DNA from: Octopus sinensis
Taxonomy: Eukaryota
Reading direction: 5' to 3'
DNA length: 64,000 nucleotides
Assembly: GCF_006345805.1 (NCBI RefSeq)
Contig: NC_043014.1
Coordinates: 11,718,001-11,782,000 of the forward strand
Each line of letters starts with the position of its first letter. Within the stretch, counting starts at the first letter, position 1. Of this stretch, positions 1 to 13,874 are shown piece by piece. The notes under the pieces were generated by a model. It worked only from the letters and a program-made list of their open reading frames with translations. It was not told the origin of the DNA and ran no database searches. The translations under genes were made by a program, and so were the position numbers.

Positions 1-198
1 TATCCTGGATGAGGCGTTGGTCCACCGCAGGATTACTTGTTTTTGCCAGCTGAGTTGACTGGAGCAATATGAAATAAAGAGTTTTACTGAAGAACACCAT
101 ACATCGCCCGGTCCAGGAATTGAAACCACAATCCTGCGATCATGAGTACAACATCCTAACCACTAAGCCACACGAAGTAACTTACGATTATGAGGACG

Positions 199-237
<39 letters not shown>

Positions 238-700
238 AGAAAGAAGAAAGAAAGAAAGAAAGAAAGAAAAAAAGAAAGAAAGAAGATAGAGTCGCAAAAA
301 TATATAAAAACTTACTGTTAACAAAAGTCGGGATGCGTGGTGACACCAAATAAGAAATGTTTAAGTATCTTCTGCTAATCTCCTATAGCCTCGGGCCGAC
401 CAAAACCTTTTGAGGGAAACTGAAAGAAGCTATCGTGTATAGGCTTCTGACGTACGCACATCCATCCATCCATCCATCCATCCATCCATCCATACAGACA
501 CACATATGTATGTATTACGTATGTATGTATGTATGAATGTATGTGTGTGTGTGTGCGCGTCTGTGTGTATGTATGAATGTGTGTGAGTGTGAGCGTGTGC
601 GTGTGTGTATGTGTGTGTGGTGTGTGTGTATGTGTGTTGTGTGTGTGTGTGTGTGTGTGTGTGTATGGTGTGTGTGTGTGTGTTGGTGTGTGTGTGTATG

Positions 701-742
<42 letters not shown>

Positions 743-901
743 TGTGTGTGTATGTGTGTGTGTGTGTGTGTGTATGTGTGTGTGTGTGTGTGTGTGTGGT
801 TGTGTGTGTGTGTGTGTGTGTGGTGTGTGTGTATGTGTGCGTGTGTGTGTGTATGTGTGAGTGTGAGTGTGTGCGTGTGTGTATGTGTGTGTGTGTGTGT
901 G

Positions 902-951
<50 letters not shown>

Positions 952-1635
952 TGTTCCTTGCGCTTGTCCCTGTTGTGTTTGTCCCTCACCGACGATTCAT
1001 AATCTGTGTTTTTACGTCCTCGAAAACTTAGCGGTTCGGCAAGGGGGGGGGGGCGGCGATAGAATGAGAACCAACAAGTACCAAAATTTAAAGTAAGTAC
1101 TGGAGTCGATTCGTTCGATTAAAATTCTTCATGGTGGTGCCTCAGCATGGCCGCAGTTGAATAACCGAAACAAGTAAAATATAAAACATACATACACACA
1201 TACATACATAAATACATACATACATACATACATACATACATACACATACATACATAAATACAAACATACATACATACAAACATACATACAAACATACATA
1301 CATACATACATACATACATACATACAAACATACATACATACATACATACATACAAACATACATACATACATACACATACACACACATACACACATACATA
1401 CACACATACATACATACATACATAAATACATACATACATACATACATACATACATACCTACATACAACTACACACACATACATACATACATACTGCATAC
1501 AAACAAACATACATACAATACATACATACATACATACATACTCCATACATACATACCCATACACACATACATACAACTACATACATACATACATACATAC
1601 ACATACATACATACATACATACATACATACATACT

Positions 1636-2445
1636 GGAGTGTCTGTGTGATAAGTAGCTTGCTTACCAACCACATGGTGCTGGGTTCCGTCCCACTGCGT
1701 GGCACCTTGGGTTAGTGCCTTCTACCATAGCCTCGGGCTGACCTTGTGAGTGGATTCGGTAGACGGAAACTGAAAGAAGCCTGTTGTATATATATATATA
1801 TATATGTGCGTGTGTTGTGTGTGTGTGTGTGTGTATGTTTGTGTGTATGTTTGTGTGTCTGTTTGTTCCCCCAACATCACTTGACAACCGATGCTGGTGT
1901 GTTTACGTCCCCGTCACTTAGCGGTTCGGCAAGAGAGACCCATAGAATAAGTACTAGGCTTACAAAGAATAAGTTCTGGGTCGATTTGCTTGACTAAAAG
2001 GCGTTGCTCCAGCATAGTTGCAGTCAAATGACTGAAACAAATAATAAAAAGATACAGGAGTGGCTGTGTGGTAAGTAGCTTGATAACCAACCACATGGTT
2101 GCGGGTTCAGTCCCACTGCGTGGCATCTTGGGCAAGTGTCTTCTGCTATGGCCCCGGGCCGACCAATGCCTTGTGAGTGGATTTGGTAGACGGAAACTGA
2201 AAGAAGCCTGTCGTATATATGTATATATATATATGTGTGTGTGTGTGTTTGTGTGTCTGTGTTTGTTCCCCCTAGCATTGCTTGACAACCGATCTGGTGT
2301 GTTCTACGTCCCCGCCACTTCGCGGTTCGCGCAAAAGAGACCGATAGAATAAGTAACTGGGCTTACAAAGAATAAGTTCCGGGGTCGATTTGATCGACTA
2401 AAGGCGGTGCTCCAGCATGGCCGCAGTCAAATGACTGAAACAAAT
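1636..2445 (+). mobile_element. Two tandem SINE family B copies (also a partial copy at ~385-1180 with a ~450-bp (TG)n expansion)
   Basis: Same head, body and tail as the 63253 copy. Confidence 0.85.
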
Positions 2446-2697
2446 AATAAAAAAATACATACATATCGAATTTCCTACAAGTCAACATGGGGTCCTTTGA
2501 CATCAATGTAAACTTCTTTTGATTAAGGTATCTTTGGCCCGACGAGGAGATAACGGATTATCTTCTCATTTGGATAATTACTACTTCCGAGGCTCTGCTA
2601 GCTATGTAAAATATGTAGCCTGGATTGTATCTATTCCATTCCCTAATTCTAGACACACACACACACACATACACACACACACACACACACACATGTA

Positions 2698-3264
2698 TTG
2701 GGTTGTCCGGAAAGTTCGCGCCGATTTTTAAAGGAAAGAAAAAGGTCAATAAATATTTGCCATTACATTTTTAATCAACCAAATATGAACCATTTTGTTG
2801 CACAATGCGTCTCCATTTTTCCTTTAACTCGAAAATACCCTCTTCCCAGAATTGAGGTGGTTTCAGGGCAAAGAATTCATCAAGGTATCTTTTTACATCA
2901 TCCAAGGAATTGAAATTTTTACCATTAAGACTATTCTGCAGAGACCTGAATATGTGGAAATCCGAAGGAGCAATATCTGGTGTATATGGAGGGTGGGGTG
3001 ACACATCCCAGCCGAGCTGCAGCAATTTTTGTCTTGGTTCCCAATGCATCAAGTGCCGAAAATGAACTTTCTTATCTTCCATTTTAAAGGGTTACAGAAT
3101 TAACACAGGTTATAGGAACATAAACCTTCTTCTTCGAAGAGATAGCTTAAACTGTGCTCTAAATGGAGATGTAGTGAAATCCTATTTTATGGACTCAACC
3201 ATGTTCTAAAATAAGTCGAAAGTCAAGCTACTATAAATCGGCACGAACTTTCCGGACAAACCAA
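2698..3264 (-). mobile_element. Internally deleted mariner element with ~30-bp TIRs and TA TSD
   Basis: TIRs ttgggttgtccggaaagttcgcgccgattt / aaatcggcacgaactttccggacaaaccaa, each flanked by TA. ORF 2771..3082 joins a transposase N-terminus (MEDKKVHFRHLM) to the C-terminus HPPYTPDIAPSDFHIFRSLQN...WRRIVQQNGSY (YSPDLAPSD motif). Confidence 0.92.
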
Positions 3265-3706
3265 TATATCTCTATGTGTGTGTGTGCCTTCGAAATTTAT
3301 ACCTCCCTTTGACTATTCCATATTTTCTCCCTATTTTCTCTCGTTCGCTCTATTAATACACCACCAAAACAAAAAAAAATCTCCCTTAACATAATTTCAT
3401 TATCTTTAAATAATTCTATATTATTTTGATACCCTAGAAAACACACAACGCTTAAAAGCCTACCCCTAATGTATACTAGACTTAACAATATGTATATATA
3501 TTCATTCAACCGTGCCGTAATTTCATTCATTCGATAAGTCCGTGAGAACGAGACAAAAAGCCTTTGTTAAGAATCATTTAAATTTAATAAATATTTATCC
3601 TCGGTCCGTAAAGTAAACCGCATCTTGATTTACATATTTGATAGTCGCTTCTAGTTTTATTCTTAGAACACAGAATACACACATACACACACACGCACGC
3701 ACACAG

Positions 3707-3766
<60 letters not shown>

Positions 3767-4202
3767 GTGTGTGGATATGGATAAATATGAACAAGTGTGT
3801 GCGTTTATATTTATTTATATTTATATTTACGTGATAATTTCTATGGTTGCATGCATACATACATATGTACATACATACCAACAGACAGACAAACATATAT
3901 ATGCATATATATATATATATATATATAATATATATATATATTTAGTGTGAGAATGTACAAAAAAACCCCAAAAGACTAAGACAGGTGGTGTAGACAACAA
4001 ACAGATGTATTAGTTTAACGCTCGGGAAGTGGAAAAGTCTTTAACGTTTCGAGCCTACGCTCTTCCACAGAAAGGAACACAGAAAATAAAGCATGTGTAG
4101 TGCCTAGCGATCCATCATGGACAAAAACAGTTTAGAAAGTACAAAAGAGTTAAGAAAAGTTCAAAAGGTTCAAAAAGCTTAAATATGAAGCATGAAGCAA
4201 GC

Positions 4203-4245
<43 letters not shown>

Positions 4246-4617
4246 CACTCGACCACATATTTACAAACACCGGGAACTCCCTTGATTCAAAAAGTCTTGT
4301 CGCATCGTTAGCGACCGGCTTAAACTTTTGTTTAAGAAGAAATTAAATAAAACTCAAAAGAAAAATCATGCATCCATATATACACGACTATATACACTCA
4401 CACATACATACAAGCAGAATACCCAGTATTCAGCTGGAAATGACCTAGAATCAGCTTCAATGAAGGTATATTTCGTTTAAAACAACACTATTGTATTAAT
4501 AATTTTGTCTTCCAACACATGTATAATAGCCTAGTGTCTGCTGATCTATGTTGTTGTTGTTATTATTATTATTATTATTATATTATTATTATTATTATTA
4601 TTATATTATTATTATTA

Positions 4618-4661
<44 letters not shown>

Positions 4662-4689
4662 GATAATACTCTTTACCCTCTTTTACTCT

Positions 4690-4967
4690 TACTCTTTTAC
4701 TTGTTTCAGTTATTTGACTGTGGCCATGCTGCAGCACCGCCTTTAGTCGAGTAAATCGATCCCAGGACTTACTCTTTGTAAGGCTAGCACTTATTCTATC
4801 GGTCTCTTTTGCCGAACCGCTAAGTTACGGGGAGGTAAACACACCAGCATCGGTTGTCAAGCGATGTTGGGGAGACAAACACAGACGCACAAACACACAC
4901 ACACACACATATATACATATACAAATATACGACACAGACACAAACATACACACACACACAACACCAC

Positions 4968-5050
<83 letters not shown>

Positions 5051-5215
5051 CAATATATTTTGACGGCCTTTTTTCAGTTTCCGTCTACCAAATCCACTCA
5101 CAAGGCTTTGGTCGGCTCGAAGCTATAGTAGAAGATACTTGCCTATGATGCCACGCAGTGGGACTGAACCCAGAACCATGTGGTTCGTAAGCAAGCTACT
5201 TACCACGCAGCCACG
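4690..5215 (-). mobile_element. SINE family B
   Basis: Reverse complement of the family B consensus. Other minus-strand copies lie at ~9330-9695, 10730-11125, 16095-16455, 26600-26975, 39800-40209, 46220-46535 and 57805-58180. Confidence 0.85.
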
Positions 5216-5269
5216 TTTTTAAATGCTTGTAAAAACACATACACACACACACTCATCTATTAACAAAAA

Positions 5270-5665
5270 AAGAAACAGTATGGAAGGGAAAGAATGTACG
5301 GACAGTTTGCAAGAGATAAGAACACCAAGGCAGGTATAGATGATCGGTGGTTATGGATGAGGAGGAGTGATCTGAAGATAGAGACTGAAGCACTCATATG
5401 TGCAGCTCAAGAACAAGCGTTAAGGACCAACTATGTGAAGTGCAGAATAGACAACGCTACCGACAGCCACAAATGTAGAAAGTGTGATGAGAGAAGTGAA
5501 ACAGTATGACACACCGTTAGCGAATGCTCGAAATTGGCACAAAGGGGATACAAAAGATGACATGAGAATATGGCAAGAATGATCTATCGGGAGCTCTGTG
5601 GAAATCACGACCTACAAAGAGCAATGGCATTGTGTAAGCAAATCCCAGAATGATAATGCGAATTG
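5270..5665 (+). mobile_element. R4/Dong-clade non-LTR retrotransposon fragment (CCHC zinc knuckle)
   Basis: MYGQF...LKIETEALICAAQEQALRTNY...CRKC...ETV*HTVSECSKLA...YKRRH is typical of the R4/Dong C-terminal region, with an in-frame stop. It is followed by (AAT)n at ~5668-5795. Confidence 0.75.
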
Positions 5666-5679
5666 CATAATATAATAAT

Positions 5680-5733
<54 letters not shown>

Positions 5734-5738
5734 TAACG

Positions 5739-5798
<60 letters not shown>

Positions 5799-5846
5799 TC
5801 GAAAACTACCTTAGGAATGAGAACCCAGGTTCGAAATTTCCCCCAA

Positions 5847-5892
5847 GACACCTGATGAAGGTTGGAGGGTATATCAGCCGAAACGTTGTGTT
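5847..5892 (+). ncRNA. Minimal type-I hammerhead ribozyme motif
   Basis: gacac-CTGATGA-a-ggttgg(agggtata)tcagcc-GAAAC-GTT-gtgtt: intact core, stem I gacac/gtgtt, stem II ggttg/cagcc, palindromic ACGT stem III, GUU cleavage triplet. Confidence 0.7.
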
Positions 5893-6999
5893 AACAACAA
5901 ACAAGATGAGGACAAATATCCATCGAATGTAAATAATGTAAATAATGTACATAATTCCTCATCTCTTAAATATAGAACGACATATATCCAATTCAAGCAT
6001 ATCAAGTGCTCCGATGTGTATTCAATGTACAAAACAACACTTTCTATATATGTAAATATAATAAAATAATATAATAAAGTATTAGATGAGGCGATGTTCT
6101 TGTAACTAGTGTAGTGTGCTCTTAAAGTTCTTCTGTTGTCCCCGATTCCTTGGAAAATACCAAAGTACCATTTATAAGAAAACTTCAGCTACAACTGTTT
6201 CATCCGATTCTCGTCTGCAAGATCTGGGGTTATTTTAAGCGTCCACATAATTAATCTGTTCTGAGACTCCGCTGCTATATAGGACATCAATGCAGTTGGA
6301 AGCCGTATTGAAGGCCATCTCATCCACTGACAGCGAGAAGGATTGTTATCTTATGATATGAATTATATACCTAGGACACCAGACGGTTGGCTAGAATTCT
6401 CATTTATTTATATAGAATATCCTTATAGATTTATGGTAAGGATTCAAGCCGCTAATTTCTAGATCTAAAATAACATTTAAGTTAACATTACTGAGTCTCG
6501 TAGCAATTAGCAGTAATTATTAATTAATACGCTGGAAGAATGTCATTTGATCTTAACTAAATCTATTTAGCTCACGATCGCTCATGTTATGGCTGATAAT
6601 CAACTCATTGTCTCTGTTTCATCTGCACTTAAGCTTGTGAAGCCTTTGAGCAAAGAATTCAGAATATATTCGCTTATGACTATATATAATTCGGTGTCGC
6701 CATATTCACTTATGGATACACCAAATGATTCTTCGTTTTTGTTGACTCAGATGGAATAGTATAAAAATATATATATAATCAATGATTACTTGGTGTACTG
6801 GATGATATATAAATGTTACTTAAGTGTGTAAGCGTTCGCAAACTCCAGGGTTTTAGAAGAGGTTTCGCATTAGCAATGCCATACATGAAACTTTCGGCGC
6901 TTTAGTAACCCTTAAAACTTTCTTCCGATCATAAACAATAAAAAGCTACACACACAGGTCTATATATTCTTTATTTGTTTCAACCATGCGACTGCGGTC

Positions 7000-7049
<50 letters not shown>

Positions 7050-7654
7050 ATATTAAAAGTAAAAAGTAAAAGAGTCAAAAGGAAGAGTAAGTATGGTTAG
7101 GCTGCTTTTTAGTTCTTACAAATGTTTCGATACATACAGATCCTCCTATATACGGGATTTAAATTAAATTATTTAACGATTTAACTGTGTAAGAAGAAAA
7201 TCTATATGTATCTCCTCGGGCGATACTCAGTTGCTGTCTCCATAAGTAAATCTAGATTTCCATGCTACAACATCCATGGCTTCTTCTTTGAAACAAACAA
7301 ACGCTGACGGTTTCAATTCGCTCGGTATGAGTGTGTCATCACGTTCGACATCATGAGCTGCAATGTACACGATGTCTGTTTATTTATTCAGTCTCAAAAT
7401 GTTATTCGGCACATGCCAAACTGTACCATTACGCAAAATAAATTCATCCATTAGCTCATACTTTTTACTTTTTACTTTTTATTTTCACACATGAGGATAC
7501 CTAAGACTAGAATTGGTAGCATACCATAAGAATACTACCGAGTATTTGGGAATTCTAAGGGTGAACGAGCTCTATTTGTACTCTTATACATTCTTAACAG
7601 AACACACATCAACTACATGTGTGTGTGTGTGTGTGTGTGTGTAGTGAATATATA

Positions 7655-7805
7655 CATCCTTGTTTCTTTCTGTGTTCCTTTCTGTGGAAGAGCATAGGCT
7701 CGAAACGTTAAAGACTTTTTCACTTCCCGAGCGTTATACTAAATACATCTGTTTGTTGTCTACACGACCTGTCTTTTTTTCTTTCTTTTTTTTGAATTCT
7801 CCCTA
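7655..7805 (+). mobile_element. ~150-bp short element in (TA)n with a hammerhead-like core (copies at ~3965-4090 minus and ~59850-59990 plus)
   Basis: Three near-identical copies carry cttt-CTGTGGA-a-gagc(rtag)gcty-GAAAC-GTT-raag. Confidence 0.6.
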
Positions 7806-7927
7806 TATATATATTTTTTTTTTCTCCGACCAGACGATCAGATGTTGCTAAACATCGCTGGTCACAATGCGTTTGCATTGTTTTAGCCTTCGAACGACGC
7901 CACCCCGCTGGGTAAGCGAGCAGGCCA

Positions 7928-7960
<33 letters not shown>

Positions 7961-9039
7961 ATATATATATGTATGTATACACACACATATATGTATATAT
8001 ATATATACATCTGATAGATAGATACATACATACAAACATAATACATACTCATAGACATATATGCATATATATATAATAACAATTTAATAAATAAAACATA
8101 TGCATACATACATACATATATGTACATACCTACATCTATATGTATATATACATGCATATATGAGTACAGGACACCACAAATAAACGTAGAACACAACGAG
8201 AAACGAAAACATAAAATCAAACAAGGAAACGGACTTTTTTTAACAACGAAAAACAGAGTACAAGACAAACAATACAAGGAACATTCCCCTTCTTCAGCTG
8301 CCCCTGTTTCGACTCAATGCGTGTTTCGAAGGTAAGGGCAGAACACGGCCAGACCGAAGCAGTCCTTCCCGCAAAATGAATTAGATAAAGTTTTTTTGCG
8401 GAGGAGTAAAAAAAAGTGACAAGAACAGGACGTAAAAGCAATACAAATGAAAAAAAAAAAAACAGTACAAATAAAGATAAAAACAGTAAAAGACAGGACA
8501 AGGAAACCAACAATAAGGGCTAAAAACATGGTATAATAATAAACAGGGTAAATTTTCGCCATTTCTTCGCAGACTGAAAATAATGATAAACAACCTTAAT
8601 CGATTTTCGAACCTTATTAGGTTCACATCAGAGGCGTCTACATCATTCTGACAGTCTCTAAAGAAACAAGCTGGTTTTAAGGATATTGCGAAAGCCTGGT
8701 TGGGCCTCCAATCAGAAGGCCCGACTTTCCGAGTTCTTTTACAGAGCTTAAGAACAACTGAAGGACCGCCGCCATAAATGTGTCAATCTGAGAGGGGAAT
8801 ATGTTGAATAAGATCATAATTAATTGATCCTCCTCTATTTTGTTTTACTTAAAGCCACTTACTTCTCCGTACCCCATCGTGTATGCGCGTTATGTTACTG
8901 AAATTGATATTTGCACTAATTTTCATTAATTCCTTATCCCTTAATATCAAATTGGAATTTGTAGTCCCGTCAAGTGGTATGATTAAATGATTATCTCCCC
9001 TGTATTAACTGTCTGCTAGATACTTCACACACATATACA

Positions 9040-9082
<43 letters not shown>

Positions 9083-9113
9083 GACATATATACATGATAT
9101 ATATGTATGTATT

Positions 9114-9181
<68 letters not shown>

Positions 9182-9194
9182 ATGTATGCATGCA

Positions 9195-9255
<61 letters not shown>

Positions 9256-9274
9256 ATGTATGCATGCATGCATA

Positions 9275-9326
<52 letters not shown>

Positions 9327-9822
9327 TTTTATACTTTTACTTGTTTATTTAACCGCGGTCATGCTGGGAAACCGCCTTAATAAATTTTTTTTAGTCGAAG
9401 AAATCGACCCCAGGAGTTATTCTTTGTAAGCCTAGTACTTATTTTATCGGTAAGATACGAGGACGTTAACACACTAATGTCGGTTGCCAAGCGATGGTGT
9501 GGGAAACAAACATAGACACAAAGATACACACGTATATACGATGGGCTTCTTTCAGTTTCCGTCTACCAAATCCACTCACAAGGCTTTGGTCGGTCCGAGG
9601 CTATAGTAAAAGACACTTGCCCAAGGTGCCATGCAGTGGGACTGAACCCGGAACCAAGAGGTTGGGAAGCAAGCTTCTTACTATACACCTACGCCTGTGT
9701 GTATATATATATATGTGTGTGTATATATATATATAATATATATATACATATATATGTATATACACACACATATATATGTGTATATATATATATATATGTA
9801 TATACATACATACATATATATA

Positions 9823-9863
<41 letters not shown>

Positions 9864-9905
9864 CATATATATATATATATATATTTATATATGTATGTAT
9901 TTATG

Positions 9906-9939
<34 letters not shown>

Positions 9940-10564
9940 TATATGTGTGTGTGTATAGGTATATAAATACGTACGTATATGCATACATGCATGCATATAT
10001 ACATACATACGTACATACATACATGCACAGACACTCACACACACATATATATATACACATATGTTTATGTGTATATACTTAAATGTGTATATGTGTATTG
10101 TGCATGTGTGCGTCTGTATGTGTCTGTCTGTTTGTCTGTCTGTATGTATGTCTGTCAGCCCAACACCGCTTGACCGATAGAATAATTACTCGACCTAATA
10201 AAAATAAAACATAATTACAAGAGACAAGATGTTCGACGAAACCCGTCAAAGTGGTGCTCCAGCATGGCCGATTCCAATGGCTGAAACAAGTAAGAGGGAA
10301 AAAAAAACATGGAAGCTGGCACTCAGCTCCTTCGTTCTCTCTCTCCTCTTTTTTCTATCTGTGCTTTTCTCTTTATGTGTCCAGCATCTTAATGTTTCTC
10401 TCTGTTGCTTTCACCGTGGATGTATTTCTCTTTGTTTAACATTTTAATATCTCTATGCGCATGCGCATATAAGTGTAAAGTTTCTGCGGGTCATTCGGTT
10501 CATTTTCAGTACATTTAAATATTCTATGTTCCGCTCTCTTTCTTTCTCTTTCTTGATAAACAAG

Positions 10565-12480
10565 GAGCGACCCAAAAGAAACCGGAATTTTGCAATATTA
10601 TTTCATTCACTCAGTTTTACATGTTTATACATTTGAAGCAATGCATGCGGCCAGACGCGTTTTCTGCTGTTCGAAGCACTGCTGGAACTTTGCGAAATGA
10701 TGCTTTTGAACGCCTCCGTCGTTTATATCTTTTACTTGTTTCAGCCATTTGACTGCGGCCATGCTGGAGCACCGCCTTTAGTCAAGCAAATCGACCCCGG
10801 GACTTATTCTTTGTAAGCCCAGTACTTATTCTATCGGTCTCTTTTTGCCGAACCACTAAGTGACGGGGACGTAAACACACCAGCATTGGTTGTCAAGCAA
10901 TGCTAGGGAGACAAACACAGACACACAAACATACATATTTATACATATATATACTATATACATATATACGACAGGCTTCTTTCAGTTTCTGTCTAGCAAA
11001 TCCACTCACAAGGCATTGGTCGGCCCGGGGCTATAGCAGAAGACACTTGCCTAAGATGCCATGCAGTGGGACTGAACCCGGAACCATGTGGTTGGTTAGC
11101 AAGCTACTTACCACACAGCCACTCCTATATATATATATATTTTTTTTTTCTTCAACTCTTCCACATCTTCAAATTCTGTAGTGCCAGCTTTTGTCCCCAG
11201 CAGTGGCGGCTCGAATAAAGGCACATTCAATATAATGAGTCCTTTTTCTTCGATTCTTTCTTTATACTTGTACTTTATACAATCCTTAAGCTTAATGTCA
11301 GTAGCCATTCCCTAGTTTATGAAAAAAATACAAAAATCCTTGTATAGAACTGTGCGCTTCGCAGTTCCAGCGACGCGGTGTTTGGTTGTTGTGCGCATGC
11401 TCACATGTCCGAGATAGGAAGATTCACACTAGGGAGAGAGAGCACTGCGTGAATGACAGTGCCAGGTGAAAGGTAGTGTTTCTTTTTGACCCCGAGTGTA
11501 TTATGCTTAAAAACGTGTTTATATTCTTGAATGTGATAACATGTAGAATTAGATTATTACCCTGCTTCCAGCTTCAGTGTTGCGACCAGGGTTGGAAAAA
11601 AGAGAGCACAGTCCCACTTATTTTGTGATTTAGGGGGAATCTTTTTTTTAAAAAGGGGGAATTCGCGGCGGTGTTCAGTAAACAAATTAAACACACTACA
11701 CGACAGTGGCTAAAACGAGAACCGATCAAGTTTATGTATAAATTTTCTTTTCATATGTTTGTTTCCTTTTGCATAATATTAAAACGACGGCTAAAAATTT
11801 TCTGAAACAGCACCCCAACTAATTTTATCTACGAACCGCCACTGGTCCCCAATGATGACCTTCGAAAATAGGTCCGGATTAACTTCACAACACGCATTCA
11901 GTCGTGACTACTTTTGATCTTCCGTGACCAAGTGGCGCACAAATTTTACTGTAACTCTTTTCATTCGCAATTTCTCGCTCAAAATTCGTTGGCAGGAGCT
12001 CCAGGACACACCAGTCATATCAACAAGTTTGTCAATTATTCGGTGATCAGTTCATGAATTTTTGTGATGTCTTTATTCATTCGGGAGGTCGACCAGCCTC
12101 GTCCAGGACGACCGTCGTCCTGAACGAGGTTGGTCTTCAAGTGACAAATAACTATTCCTAAAGCATGAAAATCACTCGTAAACTTATATTTTGCTCATGG
12201 CAGTGTCCTTGTAAGCTGTTGGAAGCATGACAAGTGTTTCGGCTGCCGTCGTCCCCAGCAGAAAACGGGAATTTTTTGGAAGCACGCTGTTTCTTCGTAT
12301 CAACAATCGCAAAAATCGACGAACAGAGAGAAGCACTGCAGAACAAAGATGCACCACGTGACAGTACGACATCAAAGGACGCCGCCGGTCGGCAGACGGA
12401 TGCCTGAGGGTCGCATCAAGAGGCTTCTAGAGGCGGAAGCCTGAACTACAACATGTTTGTCCCATAGAGAACATTTCCGG
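10565..12480 (-). mobile_element. Degenerate mariner transposon remnant interrupted by a SINE B and a hAT MITE
   Basis: N-terminal HTH-like FLLGTTAAETLVMLPTAYKDTAMSK (ORF 12184..12375). A VIIGDKSW-like (ITGDETW) segment spans the MITE junction. C-terminal remnant at ~10640-10720. Confidence 0.65.
11201..11844. mobile_element. hAT-type non-autonomous element (MITE) with 8-bp TSD
   Basis: TIRs cagtggcggctcg / cgaaccgccactg. TSD gtccccag (11193-11200) / gtccccaa (11845-11852). Confidence 0.85.
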
Positions 12481-13149
12481 TTGTATGTCTTTTATATGAA
12501 AATAATAGCTACAAACATTGTAAATACTGTTTTGAAACATTCAAAACCATCGTAAACAATATCTCCAGGCGAATACTGCAATATTTGTAATTAAGTATGA
12601 TACACGGATGTCTATTTTTATCTAATACTGCTTATGATGTAGATCATGGATTTTCATTTAGCCAGATGACAACTTGCAACAGTGGTGATAGATTTCGTCT
12701 AAGTTAGTTGGGAGTGTTCGAACACAATGAAAACGCCCAACGGGGAAGATGTTATCTTTCACATTCACCGCTGCTGGGACGAGTTTCGACTTCTTCCAAT
12801 ATATACATATTGCGTTTTAAAACACAGCTCATCTATAGAAGAAACTATTTCCTGACTAATACCGCAGTAATTTTTGCCTATGACGATATATTTACATCAA
12901 GTATGGTAATTAAAATGGCAATGACATATTTTAAAACAACTCATGTTTCTTTTAATCTAGTGTAGACACTAAACAAAGCACTATTTTAAATAACCTAACA
13001 GTCTGTGCTTCAAAATAGTTTCTAATTTTCTACACTTGTTTACCACTTAAGTATTTATGTCTCAAATTCGGTCTCACTTTCGTCCTCTGCACTCGAACAC
13101 ATCCGGCATCACATACAAATATGTAGCTCTATAACAGTAGTTCTCTATG

Positions 13150-13591
13150 CCGTTCAAGAATTTGGACCTGGAGATCTCCATTTCCAGCGACTTCGAGGGC
13201 CACCTCCCAGTGGTGTCGGGCGTCAACGAAGAGCCCTCAACTACAAGACGACCAAAGTTTTTTTTTTCCAAGGTCTGGGGTCCCCCACCCCTAAGCCCTA
13301 GACTATCACCTAATCACCCTTACTCGTCTTGTTGCTTAACAACAACAACAACAACAACAACAGCAGCAGCAGCAGCAGCAGCAGCCGTTCAAGAATTTGG
13401 ACCTGGAGATCTCCATTTCCAACGACTTCGAGGGCCACCTCCCAGTGGTGTCGGGCGTCAACGAAGAACCCTCGACTGCAACAAGACGACCAAAGTTTTT
13501 TCTCTCCAAGGTCTGGGTTCTCCCACCCCTAAGCCCTAGACCATCACCTAATCACCCTTACCCGTCTTGTTGCTTAACAACAACAATAACA
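13150..13591 (+). mobile_element. Tandem duplicated ~235-bp retroelement 3' end with (CAA)n tail and 16-bp TSD
   Basis: Two copies starting gccgttcaagaatttggacc. Flanked by acagtagttctctatg (13134-13149) and acagcagttctctatg (13592-13607). Confidence 0.7.
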
Positions 13592-13874
13592 ACAGCAGTT
13601 CTCTATGTCGGTGAAATAATGAAGGGCAACGTGGGAATCAACAGGAAACCAGATGTGTTCCACCAAAGATGCTCGAGAAGGGTTCAGAGAATGTACTGGT
13701 AAACCCACAGAACCAATGAAGACATTAAAAAAAACCCCAAAAAAACACTTAGCGAAAACCTTCTCAGAACAGATATTAGAATTAGCTTTCTGTTGGTCCC
13801 AACCGGATGGAAAAGGAAAGAGTAGAAGGTTTCATGGCGCAGAACATTCATTACAGACATTTATTTATGTATAC

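Noticed and set aside
375-1673. Long His/Thr, Cys/Val, MYVC and YI-rich ORFs (also ~9100-10080, 22300-22780, 24500-25570, 34500-35010, 62190-62890)
   Set aside because: These are translations of di- and tetranucleotide microsatellites, not genes.
1914-2352. Recurrent ORFs such as RQASFSFRLPNPLTRHWSARG and [42 protein letters not shown] as a gene family
   Set aside because: They are translations of SINE B in different frames with variable stops.
8270-8380. Possible permuted hammerhead on the minus strand (GAAAC...CTGAAGA)
   Set aside because: Stems I and III could not be paired convincingly.
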